From: Octopus sinensis
Taxonomy: Eukaryota
Direction of reading: 5' to 3'
Assembly (NCBI RefSeq): GCF_006345805.1
Contig: NC_043000.1
Coordinates: 133,610,001-133,674,000 of the forward strand
DNA length: 64,000 bases
Shown piece by piece: positions 46,563-61,495 of the stretch (its first letter is position 1; the number at the start of each line of letters is the position of its first letter). A program made the translations under genes and the position numbers. The notes below the pieces were generated by a model. The model was not told where the DNA came from. It made no database searches and saw only the letters and a program-made list of their open reading frames with translations.

Positions 46563-49500
46563 GTATATTTGGATATATATGATGTACGTATTTCAAGAGA
46601 ATTATAAATGGAAAACTAGAACCGACCATCTGTCATTCATTTTGTGATGATAGTTTTGTGTTACAGTGGCCGAAAATAAATGTTAGAAACTATTGAACAG
46701 CTTTCACCGATGCTATGGTTATTTTTAATCAGTATTGCGGCTTGACACATTATTTTCTTGTTGAGATGTTTTCTACAAGGTAAGACGAATTTTTCATCTT
46801 TCTGCTTATATTTGATTTGATTTCTGATGTTCCTCACTAAATTTATTATCTAACTCTTTTTAGAGTGTTTATAATTATAGAAATAGTTTGTGAACATGAC
46901 AGATACGTAGTAAATAATTTATTTGATTTATAGATGTAGGTTTATATAGATTTATAGACAAAATAAATGTTCTCGGTTATAGTTTCGAGCCGAATTTTAA
47001 GAGCTCTGGGTTAAATCTTTACATTTCCAGTAATGAACAATTGTGATATTTTTAATGAGATTTAGATAATTAGCAGGAATTACCTGCACCACAAATTATT
47101 GTCAATACAAACGAAATCTCGTTTTAGGATGCTTATGTTCTCAAAAACCTTAGCTAGCATATCTTTTGCGCAATTACTAAAAATATGCTTTGCTGAGGAG
47201 GCGTAATAAGACCAAAACTTTCCAAAGTTGTTACCGATTTTCTGAAGATCATGCTCTCTTCCTCTGAATACCCATATTTTATTGTTAATTAAACTTTATA
47301 AATTTACAATCCGGAGTTGACTCCTCTGGCTTTCCTAACTAGCCTTAATCATTAAGCTATTGATTGTTCTTGTCACTTTGCTTGCAATTTTAAGTAAATG
47401 TATTCTAAACTTATTTGCGTTTAGTACTTTAGTTCTGACTTTTCTATCTTTCGAATCGAACTTTTGCCGTCCCGAACACTCGAACTGTGTTCTCATTTAC
47501 CACATTGATAGTGTCTGCTAAAAATTCAAAGTACAGTTATTATTTCTTTAAAAAAAAGTCGTTATCAAATTCCATCAAAATCGTCTTTACTTCTTATCTT
47601 TCAACAATCAAGTTTTGAGGTCAATCTAATTAATTGTGCATTCATCACAATAAAATATTGTACAGGGGGGGGGGGCTATGTGACCCTGCTAGAGACCCTA
47701 ATTAGCTAGGATTCTTTAGAGAATATTTGTTCATTAAAATATGTTTGGGAAACAATTAGAAAAGAGAAGAAAGAAAAGCGAATGACCTAGAAACATGTAA
47801 TGTTGCTATTGCTGTTGTTTAACCCAGGTCAGCCCTGATTGACGTATGACCAAAGGCGTTCCAGCCATGATCATCTCGTCTTCTTTTACTTCTAGGATCA
47901 TATTAATTAATGTGTCCTTTTTCTATATTACTAGTGTGTGAATTTGTGGTATTTATCCACTACATATTTCTAAAGTTCGAATAACTGCGTAGAGGCGCAT
48001 TCGTGATTCAAATCCCTCGTAGGTTATTGTTGAAATGCTAGTTGTTCTCAATTTTACAGTCTGTTTTATAACCTTTGAAATTTCAGTAGACATAGTCTAA
48101 TTTTGTTTTCCCAGACCTCTCTCTCTGACCGTTAATTAAACACTTAATTCGTCATTTTTTATCTTATGTCACTCAGAAGGGAAACATTCTACAAAATGAC
48201 TAAGTCACTCCGACAAAATTTATTTTCTTATTTTCTATATTTTTCAGTACATCAAAGAAACAATTTCTTTCGCAAATATTTTTTACTAAATGAATGTATT
48301 TATCACGTGTGAGTGTATATATAGGCAAACGGTAATAAGAGAAAAAAAAAAGCGTAAATGAGCGTGCTAGAAACTGGTTGCACATTTTTTCTTTTCTTTT
48401 CTTTTTTAGCTTCATTACTCGAATTTTCGAATGGTCACGAACATGTCTGTACCGACTATTATACCTGAAATTGAGCAAATAGAAATTGGCTAAAAGGCAA
48501 ATTAGGAGAAAAAAATTGTTTAGATATTTGCTCATTATGCCTTACCTCGCTAATTATATACAATTACATATGATAATGCTTCTGACATATGAACACAATT
48601 ATGTATGTATTTTACTATTTTTAATATAATATTAATTTTCTCGAGTCTAATTACCTCAGAGTTATTTCATTGGTTCCACTATATTCCAGCTTGTTGTCAG
48701 ACTGGGATGTCACTGATTAAACATCGGTTGGTTGCTCTTGCGAATAGATTTCCTAGTTCAATGTAAACCATCTTTCAAATTTACTTTTAGAGATATCTCC
48801 TTGAAATTCTTATTCGTTTTCTATTAATTGAAGATTGTCTAATTAAGCACTAAGTATTAAGTGTCATACGACGTTCCACATGATTACTTAATCACATCGG
48901 TTGTTAACAACGGAATAAAATAACATACCAGAAGGAAAATATTAACATCATTAGCATACATATGTTTCTGTTGTGAACCAAATCAAGTATTATTTTAGAA
49001 AAAATAAGAACGAAAGATATTAATGATTTAAATATATGTATACTGAAATAAATCATGATGTTCATTGTGTTTAATTTAAAATCTACGCCAGATCATTAAC
49101 ACGTATGTCAAAGCTCCACGAATTATATCTAAATAATTAATTGAAATTCTAATCATAGACCCTATGGTATCTGAAGCAAATATTATAATGCAGTTTCATA
49201 AGCGGAGAAGCAAGGTTTCTTAACTTAAATTCTGTTGCTACTAGATTGTTAAATATAAAGGAAAGTAGATGCAACAAATACTATGTTACTCTGAACAAGA
49301 ATATATTGCTTAGGAAGGAAAAATTTCATGATACATCTAAGAGTGGGATATATGTTATTACTTATACTATTAGCTTGTATGAGATAAAGTTATCTCAAAT
49401 GCGTCCTTGCTTGGAACAGCTATAATATACTATTTAAGCCAACATTACTAAATGACAAACGAGAGTAATGGTCAGTTTATAATGGGATAGCTGCCAGATA

Positions 49501-50308
49501 GCTTATGTTTAACGGTGTTATTTCGTGTAATAGAAATTGTTTCATATGATGGAAAGAGACGAAAGTCGATGGAGATAGAAGTCAACTTTAGATTAGTTGA
49601 TATATTGAGAGCTTGACAGATAGATAACTAAATAAATCAATTTGATACAGAATATAACATATTTCCAAGAAAAACGCTGAAACATAAAAACTACAGCTGT
49701 GCTAATAAGAAAACTTAGCTTTACATAATATTTCATAATAATAAGAAACACGGGGAACTCATAGAATTCCATATTCGATGTGTGTATGCATATTGCTCGG
49801 TGCCTCTGTATTCATTATCTAAATCGCTGAAACCAAGATTTCTTCCATCCGTAAGCAATGATGGCACACTGGGATTCAATGGGTTACTTATCTTCTCTGG
49901 AATATTAATTTTTTGCCTCTTGTTATAAACTGTCCAGAGGAGTTATGATATTTAACAGGTCTCAGAACTCGGTGAAATGATGCAGTTTAAATAATATTGC
50001 TTTAACTATATATGATTCACTTCTTTAAAAAGGTTTCTCAATGTCAACTCTCGATATTGACGTAGCAACGGCGAAGTTTTCCATTTTAACTTGTGAAACC
50101 TCTCACTCTCAATTTTAATGTTTTCATTTCAAGTTTTAATTCGCTATTTGCAAACGGCTACGATAAATTACTGAACGAAATACTTCACAAATTCAAATAT
50201 TCACTACAAGATAGTTTTTAACGAGCTTTTATTTATACGATTTTTCATTTCATGTTTATTTCATTCATTGCTTGCAATGTTCTCTCTCTCTTTCACTCAC
50301 TCACTCAC

Positions 50309-50339
<31 letters not shown>

Positions 50340-52761
50340 TATATATATATATAATATCCTTTTTGTGGTGTGAGGTGATTTTTGTCTCCACTGCTGGGAT
50401 CAAACTAAAGTGATATATTCAGAATTTGCTCTCGTATAAGAGTGCTCAAGTACCAATTTCCATTTAATCCAATGTAGTCGAAGTTACTACAGCTTAACAT
50501 GACGAAAACTCATAAAATATCTAATATTTATAAAATTCTACTACAGTAACAAAACAACTCGTTCTCCCGTCTACTTTCACAATCACCCTATCTACTTGTT
50601 TTAAGAAGGTGTTATGTTGATGATTGATATGTAGATGGGATTAATAGTTACGGTTGAAGGATTGAGCTATGATTGATATACTTCGAAAACTGGAGTAAAC
50701 TAAGAAGCAATCTATCTGTATAGGCACAGATTATGTTTTATTGATCGATGCGTAGAATTAGAGAATATAAACATAAATGGTTATTGATTTCTAACTTAGA
50801 GAGATTTATAGAGAAGTTAAAGGACATTATATGACGTTCATGCATTTCCCGAATAAAGCGAAGGGAATTAGTTTCAACTGGGAATTAGGAGCCAGCATAA
50901 GTTGATGTTGGAAAGAGAAATGAGATTTTGAATGAAATTAATAATGATGATTTAAAAAATCGAAAATGAAAGAGAAGAAAAAAAAAACAATTGAGAAGAG
51001 GTTTGACGGCATAGTTAAAGAAAGATCGCCTGATATTTTGAAGAAAGAAAAATAGTTGTCTGACATGAAGGGCAAAAATAATTAAGATTGAGATAATGAG
51101 AGAATTTTTTTTTTAAATAAGAGGAAGTCGCTATAAATATAAAGGAACAAATAAAAAGAAGATAGAAATATAAAAGAAAGCATTTATATTAATAATAAGA
51201 GCGTGCAGAGAAGGGGGAGAGAGCGAGGAAAGCAAAAAAGGATGAGAGGGAGAGAAGGGAAGTATCAAAAGAGAACGGAAAATGCCGTCTATTAGAAGAA
51301 AGACAAAAAGATGATTCGTTATAATAGTAGATATATTTATTGAAATTGGAAGGCGAATACAAGTCAGACTCGAGAAACGTCATGTGGAATTCAGACAACA
51401 TGGAACCAGAGAAAGGCAATTAAATGATTGATTGAAACTGAAACAATTTAACAAATTTACTATATTAAACATTCATTTGGGAGTTGGTAGCTAAATATCT
51501 ACGAGTTTTCCTTTACGTCATTTAATATAAATTGTTGTAGTCTAAAGATGTAGCGGTTCTGCCTCAGTCGCTCCAAAACAGCAATCAATAACACCAACCA
51601 AACAAGAAACAGCCAGTTTTATAACCATCTAAGTTATGAAATATTACCACACTATCTCTGTTTAGACACAAAACTCCAAGAGCGCAATCAATCGTATTAT
51701 ACTGGGAAAGTGAACACAATCCTTCAGTTTCGATTAGTAATCTTTTTTTAAAAAAATAAACCAGAAGAAATATAAATATTCGTAAAGAATTGGCTAGGAT
51801 AATTATTCTGTCTATGATTTATATCTATTTTATATTGCTTCATGTAATTTTACTTAGCTATTTTAATAATTGTTTCATCTTTTGCAACAGAATATTTGTA
51901 TGAAATATTTTTAGATATTACTTCCACTTGTAACATTAACAAAGAAAAAACATTCATGACTTTTGTCATTTTAGAAGAGTTAACTAAATTGACAAATTAT
52001 TTATATCTAAATCAAAAACAAATTTTTTAAAACTATGGATTAAAAATCTTTTGCTTATTATGATCCTTGCTAATTTTCTTTGTGTTTAGTTAACTGGATT
52101 GATTTGAAATTTATTTTCTCAAAAGTTGTTGTGACACTAACATACGAATAAATATTACTCAAGATCAATAGCCAAAGACAATTAGATAATTGTGTGATGA
52201 TCGGGCTCTAGAGAAATGATCATGCACCATAAATATTTTAGCTAAGACATTTTTATACGCTCACAAACTCATATTTATAGAGGTGGTATAAAGATACGCT
52301 TTCACAGAATAAATGTTTTCGTATTATAACTGAAAATGTAGAGGTATACGTATTCATAATATTTGGCACATATAATATATAAACATATGTAGCATAAGTG
52401 AGAAGGACAGAAAAAAGGTATCAGATTTTGTTTCGAATCTTTTGTTTAGAAAAGGGGTGTTAGTTTATACATCTGGGATGGGGGCTTAAAAGGGTTGTTT
52501 TTGTAGTATATGAAAAAGTCATAGTTTCGCTGATTTCGGCCTTCCAAAGTTTGATGTAATTTTCTTTATTTAAAACTATATGTAGATTAATGATTAAACA
52601 GGCATGTCGTTTATGATATTTCCAAAACATAGGACTTAATTTTGGTTTGTGTTAGTGTCGTTGTTCTTGTTATCAGTCCAAAACCAATGCAATGGTGAGG
52701 TGGACCGATCTAAGGCTTGTAATTCTCTTTTGGTGCACACGCGTATTCAGTGGGGTAGTAA

Positions 52762-52945
52762 TGTAACTACACGTGTGCCGTTGGCAATGTCTTCTTCTTC
52801 TCCATCTTTAGACTTACCCCTTTTCTCCTTTCCAACGAAGAGCTATGCTCGAAACGTCAAACTTTCTCCCTTCACTGAGTGTCAAGCTAATACATTTCTT
52901 GTGCACGTCTTCACGTTCGTTTTTTTTTTTCGTATTTGAATTGTT
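52762..52945 (+). mobile_element. Diverged pLTR-like repeat with a decayed minimal hammerhead (52828-52862)
   Basis: TTT-CCAACGA-A-GAGC TAT GCTC-GAAACGTC-AAAC; stem II retained with a changed loop. Confidence 0.65.
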
Positions 52946-53769
52946 CATTTATTTGAATTGACAGTGTGTGTGTGTGTGTGTATGTGTGTGTGTGTGTGTG
53001 TCTGTCTGTACTTAGTTATTTTCTTTTTATAAAGCCAAAATAATGCAAGTAATAAAAAAATACAGGTCGATGATTTGAATAAGCTAAAACTATAAACCGT
53101 TGAGCTGTATTTTTCATAAAGTGCATTGTATTGGATTTATAAAAAATATAAAAAACATATATTAAAGGCGCACTAAGCAGCGTTAGATAAAGTATTGTTG
53201 TGTACAGTCTTGTTTAGCACCTGCATGAACCTACTAACATAGAAAGACAATAAAATGCAACTTTTTGTGACCATGAACGACGGCTTGGTATACGTAGCTA
53301 GTGAAGCATAACGACACAGAAATGGCCTAGTGGTGTGTTTACCTCTATACTGTCAGGAGAATGTCTTCTCTCGATACTTGCACAGCGTATTGCCTTTCCA
53401 TGTCCGAATGTACATGAACGTAGCAAAAATTTATGCTGATTATTTAGTGCATATATGTCAAAGACGGTAACTGGCTAAAAGCATCGAACCGAGAGGATAA
53501 ATAAAATGGAAATTCAGAGAATCCCTGATCTAGTGGATTACTCATCAGCTGGAAACATAGTTCTTGTTTAACTTCAGGTAAGCTCTGATGAAAGCCTTCC
53601 AGTCGTGATCAGTTCTTCTTCTGTCTATCTGTAAAATCTCTCTACCAGTTAGCCTCTTTGTGCCTGTGTAACTCTTTCAAATATGTATATTTACAAATAT
53701 AGTTATGTATGTGTATGCATGTATATAGATTGTATATAGATGTATATATAATAACATATAAGTGATCAG

Positions 53770-54741
53770 ATTGCGAAAAGATTCAAGTGTCTCTCAGAAT
53801 TGATTAACAATTCAGAATTTAATGAGGGCAGTATCAAACAATATCGCATTACAAGACGATATTGACCACAAATTAATAAATGAGTGTTATCAGTTCAAAG
53901 AGTATTTACACATTAAGGAATTACGGAACACAGAAGAAAATACACCATCTAAAATGCAATGCACAGAAGTTCTTAAGCTTATTCATGAGCAACAATTAAT
54001 TGAAGTGTTCTCTAATATTACCACTTAAGCTGTACTTGTCAATGCTTATCACGACCCGTGAAGCAGAAAGGTATTTCTCAAAGCTTTCCTTTGTAAAGAA
54101 TAAATTTTGGTCTACCATGGCTGAAGAGCGCGTAAATTCCTTATGCATATTGTCTCTAGAAATTGACATTGCAAGGAAGCTGCTTTCATATGACAAAACT
54201 GCAAGGGAATACGTTGCTACAAAAAAAAAACACAGAAAAAGAGTATTTTGTAATTTTCATATGTATCTTAAATATGAGATTAATATTAGATTATATTAAA
54301 TGTGGTATTTGTTATGTTTTATATCTTTATTCTATGATGCATCATAATACTTCCCTTACTTTCAACCCCCATAACTCTAAAAAGTATAAGGCATAATATT
54401 TGTTCACACCAGTGACTTTGACGATCACAATCTGAAACGTCGTGCTTAAATTTGTACAGAAAATTTTGGTGATCTGCCATGGAACAACTACATCGACAAA
54501 GATATCGGTGATTACCGACACCTTGTTTCTTGTGGAAAGAGGACTCACTGTCAGACTCCTCTTTAAGGACTCCACGTCACCACTTCACTATTTGGGCTAT
54601 CAGGACCTCAAGGCTGGAGTTCCTTGTAAAGGCAAGAACATTCTTTGACCCTCGCTGGATGTTATCCTACTGTTGCCGGTTGAAAGGGGGCCCCTATAAC
54701 ATTTTAAGCTTGAGGGACCCAATATTGTAGATCCGCCAATG
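53770..54741 (+). pseudogene. hAT transposon 3' remnant (C-terminal dimerisation domain and right end)
   Basis: LIEVFSNIT, frameshift, LKLYLSMLITTREAERYFSKLSFVKNKFWSTMAEERVNSLCILSLE (hATC: ERxFSxLxxxKxxxRSTMxxERL). Terminal agatccgccaatg resembles a hAT TIR. Confidence 0.85.
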
Positions 54742-55020
54742 ATGTGTATGTGTGTATTTTGTCAATGCACGCGTGGGTATGCATATGTTATTATGTGCTC
54801 ATAAGTGGAACGGTTGGTTTATGCAGGTATAGAATGGTGTTGTTTAGTGAATACTAATAGGAAAGTGTGTAAATGTAGCTGTAGAAGATTAAACAGCTTA
54901 TCCTGGGTGAATATATGTTGGGTGCGTGTTGAAGTATAGTAATGTGAAGGGAACATGCAGGCATACTTATTATTTTTTTTATCCACATATTTATGTATAC
55001 TTGTTTTAGACATAAAACTG

Positions 55021-55170
55021 GGAACATGCTGGAGCACCGCCTTGAAGGAGTTTAGTTGAACGCATTGATCCCAGGACATTTTTTTCCTTAAAACCTCATA
55101 TTTGCACTACAGGTCTCTTTTTTGACAATAAGCACCGGTTCGTCAAATAGTGATGAGGGACAAAAACAAG
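55021..55170 (-). mobile_element. Diverged family A SINE 3' half
   Basis: catgctggagcaccgccttgaagg...ttgatcccaggac. Confidence 0.6.
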
Positions 55171-55766
55171 CGTGTGCACGCACACACACACATATATATA
55201 TATTTCATGAAATACGTGGGGCAAGATCAAACATGAAGATGGAAAGTATCACTGAAGAGTTCACAGATGTGTGACAAAAGATTTCCGGACACTGGACATG
55301 AGTTACAATAAGAACAGTAATAAACGCGTGAAGCGAGAATATATAGTGCGTGTGTTTATTCGGCAGAAAAAAAAATGACTATTCCGAAATACAACAATAT
55401 ACATACATACATACATACATACATACATACATAAATACGTATACAAAATATGGGGGTTTAGTTCACAGGTGATCTAAACGGTTAGGTAAGTGCTGTAACG
55501 GATTACTAGGGCTCCAAGGATATAGCCGAGACGGTAGTTATGGAGCCTTTATAGATTTCCGATATAGCGGATATATAATTGTTAAAGAGGACAACAAACG
55601 TTAAGGCAAGGCAAATATCTCAACTCATATACATTATTATTATTATTGAAAAATAAAAATTCGAAGTTTTATAGCTGTTTCTGGGATATCCCGAGTATGG
55701 GATATTCCGTCATCTGAGACAAATAGGGAAAATGAGAAGGGTATAGAATAACGAAATAACGACATA

Positions 55767-56059
55767 GGCGCAGGAGTGGCTGTGTGGTAAGTAGCTTGCT
55801 AACCAACCACATGGTTCCGGGTTCACATATATATATATGTGTGTGTGTGTTTGTGTGTCTGTGTTTGTCCCCCTAGCATTGCTTGACAACCGATGCTGGT
55901 GTGTTTACGTCCCCGTCACTTAGCGGTTCGGCAAAAGAGACCGATAGAATAAGTACTGGGCTTACAAAGAATAAGTCCCGGGGTCGATTTGCTCGACTAA
56001 ACGGCGGTGCTCCAGCATGGCCGCAGTCAAATGACTGAAACAAGTAAAAGAGTAAAGAG
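55767..56059 (+). mobile_element. Family A SINE with an internal deletion after the B-box
   Basis: Head joined directly to the TA/TG tract; 3' half intact. Confidence 0.9.
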
Positions 56060-56160
56060 GACAGGCGTAACGGAATAAGAAGATGAAGAAAAATAAGCAT
56101 AAAAGTTCACAGTTCAACTTTCCGATCTTATAGTTTTCATCTCTCGAATCCATTTACTAG

Positions 56161-56281
56161 GCTTTTGTCAACCCAGCGCTATGGCACAAAAACATTTGCC
56201 CATGTTATCACGCAGTGGGACTGAACTCATAACCATGTGGTTGGGAAGCAAACTTCTTATCACACAGCCACACCTACGCCT
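56161..56281 (-). mobile_element. Family A SINE head
   Basis: gcagtgggactgaactcataaccatgtggttgggaagc...cacacagccacacctacgcc. Confidence 0.8.
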
Positions 56282-56971
56282 GTGGCATGTGTGTCTGGTG
56301 ATCGAATGGTTTGTACAGGTGTGTGTTCGTGACGTGTGTATCATTAGTGTAGACTGTGAAGCGTGACACATAGAAGGCGTTTATTAGTGTCATTGGAGGT
56401 AAACGCATGAATGTAGGTAAGCGGAAATTTGAGTGGGCCGTGTGTAGTATGTACTTCACTAAAGGAAAAGAGTGGATATTATTTTTCACGTTGTATGACT
56501 GTCTGGAGAAAAAAATACGTGCTACGGTAGTGTGTATATTGCGTGGGCGGTAAGTATATACGAGTGGGGAAGGGACATGTACGCATGATTTGTATATGTT
56601 TTGTAGCAGGTGAAACTAAAAAAAAGGAATATAGGTGTGTGTGCATTTATGTGTACGCAAGCATAACGATTGTTTAGACCATGAAAAATTGTTAAATAAA
56701 TAAAATATGACTACACATTTTTGTATGATCTTAAATGAGTAATATGACTTATACAATGGCGCTTTGGAGAGTGTCTATATACCACGGTATATCATAAATA
56801 GCTATATATATGTATATAAATATATAAATAAATGTATATAAATGTATATATATATATATATTTATAGATGTATAAATCTATTTATTTATAGATTTATATA
56901 AGGCACATAAGAAAATGGAGAGGATATAATTATATATATAAATTTATCTATATGTATACGTATATATATAT

Positions 56972-57016
<45 letters not shown>

Positions 57017-57208
57017 TATAATGATAAATCTCAGAGCGAGTTATAAACAGTAGCAGCAACACATCGTGACGTATATTTGCCATTTGAATATGGCTAACCC
57101 CTAAGCGTGGATGCTACTGTAGTTTGTAGCCCCCGGAGGACACCTCCTCCAGCTGGCTATAGACACACACACACACACACACACATATATAAATATATAT
57201 ATATATAA

Positions 57209-57350
57209 GGCGCAAGAGTGGGTGTATGGTAAGAAGCTTGCCTCCCAACCTCATTGTTCCGTGTTGAATCCCACTGCGTGGCATCTTGTGCAAGTGTCTT
57301 CTACTATATCCTCGAGCCGACCAATGCCTTACGAGTGAATTTGGTAGACG
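57209..57350 (+). mobile_element. Family A SINE 5' half
   Basis: ggcgcaagagtgggtgtatggtaagaagcttgcc...tttggtagacg. Confidence 0.8.
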
Positions 57351-57594
57351 ACGGTACATTTATGTAACATCAAATTCTCTATGTCCTTTCCTCTTTCAGT
57401 CTTTTAAAAAAATTTTTCCTCTCGTCGTCTCATCTCTCTACAATAGAGGAACTGACAGTGATTTAAAAAAATGATTCGCATAAAGAGGAGGGGAGATAAG
57501 TAGAGGGAGAAGAGTAATAGCGATGATGGCGGTAACTAGAAAACCAGATCAAAGTATACAAGTCTTCTCCTTCTCACTTTTTTCTTTCTGTTCA

Positions 57595-57720
57595 TCTCTC
57601 TCTCTCTCTTCTCTCTCTCTCTCTGCCTCTCTCTCTCTATATATATATCTTTCTGCCTCTATATATATCTGTCTCTCTCTCTCTGCCTCTCTCTCTCTCT
57701 ATATATATATATATCTCTGC

Positions 57721-57782
<62 letters not shown>

Positions 57783-57815
57783 TTCCGTCTGTCTGTCTCT
57801 CTCTTTCTCTCTCTA
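57595..57815. repeat. (CT)n/(TA)n compound microsatellite
   Basis: Direct reading. Confidence 0.95.
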
Positions 57816-59689
57816 AAAAAATTATCTGTGATCAGGCCTGATGAAGGATAGGCGCCATCATATTTTTTAAAATGTCTAAGACACGATGAATATCACATCG
57901 TATCTCCTATGATTCAATCTAGGAGCCAAAGCAGGCTTGTAATGTCTGGAGTGCGCACGCGTGCGAATGTATGTGCAAGTGTATCTGAATGTGTATTCAT
58001 ATTAACGAGTTTTAACTCGCGCGTCAAGCCGTAATTCTTTATTTCAAATACGTTACTTAGAGATTCGATAAATAAAGATCAATAAAATATGTAGCAGACT
58101 GAAACAAGTACTGAGATCGATATTACAGACTAAAACCCTTAACATCGGTGCTGCAGTCCAATGATTGAAATCAGAAGAAAGAAAATTAGAATCAGAATTT
58201 CTTTCTGATATATTTGACAATCAATATTCCATCGATTTATACAGTGAGCCGTAGATAAGCTTCTGCATAGCCGTATCTGCAACGCAGTTTTCCTTCTTAG
58301 GCCTTCAAAACAAATCTGTATTTTACAGCAGGCTTGCCAATGAAGGAGCCTCCACGCAATTGTTTGCCTTGCTAGAAATAGCAGTAGAGTCTCTTTCAAA
58401 TAACACACTACAATCTTTAAAGGAGAATGCTCGCTGGATAATACAGTTTTACATACGCTTAAAGTGAGATGGTCATAACTGGAATGTTTTTGATTAAGGG
58501 CCCTACTGAATTTGAACTGATCTGGAAGTAAAAATTAGCCGTTCGTATTTTATTTTGTCGCCCGTAAACGCAACTTCACTTACCAGAGATATATGTCAAT
58601 AGGCGATCGTGCGTATTCATTTCTGAACTTCCTATTCTTCGGCATTGGTTTAAGAGAACGGCATTACTTCTTCGTTCGTTGTGATTTCTCTCCATCTTTC
58701 TTTTTTTCTTTGGCAAGAAGATCGGAATATTCAATGGAAGAAAGATCAGAATATGTGACGTTCATAACTTTTTAAGAGCATTAGAAGCATAAGAATATGA
58801 ATTAGTTACAGTCGAAGATAGGAGTCAGGGCGCGAACTTTACTTTTAAATATATCGCTCATGCCTTCTGATTCATTAACTAAAACAACGTAAATGAGCCA
58901 CTCCCCATCACAAGACAGCCAAATCTGAAACAATAAATCTGAACAACATTCGCCAGTCAATTTTACTACACCATTAACGAAGAAAGCTTTCATATTATGT
59001 AGTGCACCATCAATATCTATGACATTTATCATTTCTATATTACTGAATATTCTAAGTATCGATGTATTTGACCAACTCCGAGTGCTCTTTCTTTTTATGT
59101 AACCTTTCCCAAAATATTTTAAAACCAAAAAATAAACCGTTGTAGAAGATTGACACTCCTCCATGGTTCATAAGTAATGGAGAGTAATATAAATTGATGA
59201 CCACTACCAATGCAAAGTAGTAGTAAAATTATCGATTTCTTCCATAGGCATAAAGCTACAACAGTAAAAGTTATTGATTATATTTTTATGAAAGCACAAG
59301 ATCTCAGATGAACAAGGGATAAGAAATGGCAACGTGTAATGTTTATACCATCTGAAAGCACATTAGGCATGTAAGGAAAATGAAATGATTATAACCGGGA
59401 ATCTGAACTGGTTCATGGTTTCCGTTCGCATCTATTCTCCGACGTTGTCATAGTAACAAGCAAAATTAATAATTTCATGTTTTGAGGGGAGGGTATTGAA
59501 AAGTCGTGATATATTTCAAGATCATTAAGGGTGTTAAATAAGTGTATATGAATCAACTGAGAATCGAAAGTGGATTGCGAACTCGCACTATAGTACAGCC
59601 GTCACTCGCAAGCGAGTATATCTTGGTAGAGTGTACCATGTTTTCACTATTTGTTTTAAGGGCCATGTAGTCGTGAGGAGACACAGGCA

Positions 59690-59920
59690 TCCTCTCAAAC
59701 TTCCCACCCTTGACCTAATGCAATATCCATTATGTGACTGCCGAAATAGAGGAGGGCTGCACCAGCATTCGGCTGGCATATATTTTGCAGTTGAGTGAAC
59801 TGGGGCAATATGAAATGAAATGCTTTCATCAACGACACAAATATGCCGTCCACTCCAAAAAACGAACCCACAACCTTACGATTGTGAGACCAACACCCCA
59901 ACCACTAAGCCACGCGCATT
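59690..59920 (-). mobile_element. Diverged tRNA/CORE-like SINE
   Basis: accttacgattgtgagaccaacacccaaccactaagccacgcgc and ttgagtgaactggggcaatatgaaatgaaatg. Confidence 0.65.
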
Positions 59921-60439
59921 CACGCACTAGTAATACAGGGAGCTTATCTCTATTTTATTGTCATAATAACAATGAAAATTATTGATTTTTTTTTTTTGAG
60001 AATGCACAAAATCACATTTTTGTAGTGGAGTCTAAAGTCAATTTATCGACTCAGAAAGAATGAAAGTCAACTCCAATGAGATTTGAATTTAGAAATATGA
60101 AATATGAAACTAAAGACAAAACGCATTTAACTCTAGCTTTACTGTCTCGATCAAGCATCTCAGTTATACTCACAACTGTAATAATTATTAAAACCATTTA
60201 CTGTCTCTGCGCCATTTTGTGAGCAGAAACAATTCTTTATATTTTTCCATACTGTAAGAGGTCAATGAACAAGAGTTCGCCTGTGATTGTCAAAAGCAAT
60301 AAATTATTGATATATGTGATGTTTATGTGTGTTTTGAAAATGTGTATGGAATAGACAGCTAGAAAGAAAGACACGGGAAGAGGGGAGTAAATGTAAAGAG
60401 CATGAGATATTTCGACGAGTTGGAATACGTTGTAATAAT

Positions 60440-60680
60440 TGTTTATTTGAAGACACCGATTTGGCAGAATTGTTACCACGCCGGGAAAAATGCTTAGCGG
60501 CATTCCGTTCGTTTTTATGTTCGGAGTTCGAATTTCACCGAGGTCGACTTTTCCTTTCATCCTTTCGGGGGTCGATAAAAGAAGTACCGGTTGAACACTG
60601 GAATCAATGTAATCGACTTACCCACTCCTTACTAGCTTTGTGCCAAAATTACTGGCTTTGTGCCAAAATTTGAAATCAAT
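60440..60680 (+). mobile_element. Family B SINE variant
   Basis: Core plus gtgccaaaatttgaaatc tail (partly duplicated). Confidence 0.85.
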
Positions 60681-61334
60681 ATTTATTTAGCTGAAAATAT
60701 ATACCAAATTATGACTTATTGATTTCAAATGTAGAGTAGACCTTAAAAAAAATTAGTTTTAACTTTGTAGTGAAAATCAAAATAGATACACTACATATAT
60801 TTATCTTTTCGTGTGCAGTAAAAATGGGGTAGATCTAATTAGTTTTGACTCTTCTTAGATCTTTATTAAAGAAAGGATATCCATCTATCTATGGAGAGAT
60901 TAGCAGCTTGAAGTTATTATTGATATAGCCAAACCAGAACTCAGCTAAACTGTTCAGTGTAATTTGCATAATTGTACATGTGTTGCAAATGTGTGTCAAT
61001 TAATTCATAGTCTGCGTTGTCAGCACCTGTACAGCTATGCAAATTAGAGTGACTGGTTTAGTTAATTGAGTCCTGGTTTGTATACATTATAAATATCTAC
61101 CAGCTACTTACTCTCTCTGTGGACAGGAGATGGTTATTCTTTCACTGATGTCAGTCAAAGAAGACTGGAAACTACTGAAATCAATCCAATATTTTCTGAC
61201 CACTGAGAGACAAAGATTTATGGGGCATCCACTTTGACTACTATTCATTGCAAAGCTACAATTGTACAGTCCTTAAAAAAGGTATATCGTTTATTTCAAA
61301 TTATTCAAAAATAGTATGTTGTGCGATATGAAAT

Positions 61335-61495
61335 AATGATTTGAAATTTTGGCACAAGGCCAGTAATTTTAGAGGATGGGTATGTCGATTATATCGGCCC
61401 CAGTACTCAACTGGTACTTATTTTATCGACTCCGAAAGGATGAAAGGCAAAGTCGACTTCCGCAGCATTTGACTTCAGAACGTAAAGATGGACGT
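61335..61495 (-). mobile_element. Family B SINE variant
   Basis: gatttgaaattttggcacaaggcc...gcaaagtcgacttccgcagcatttgacttcagaacg. Confidence 0.8.

Noticed and set aside
51300-51420. IFIEIGRRIQVRLEKRH resembling a GIY-YIG motif in a purine-rich stretch
   Set aside because: Too short and surrounded by stops; cannot be supported.
53520-53610. CTCATCAG...GAAAC...CTGATGA arrangement
   Set aside because: Tried type I, II and III hammerhead topologies on both strands; the stems do not close.
54400-54650. DLPWNNYI... faint LINE RT C-terminal similarity inside the hAT remnant
   Set aside because: Similarity too weak by eye.
58560-59164. 120-aa minus-strand ORF and a nearby GTAAGT donor
   Set aside because: No recognisable domain, no paired acceptor, length compatible with chance.
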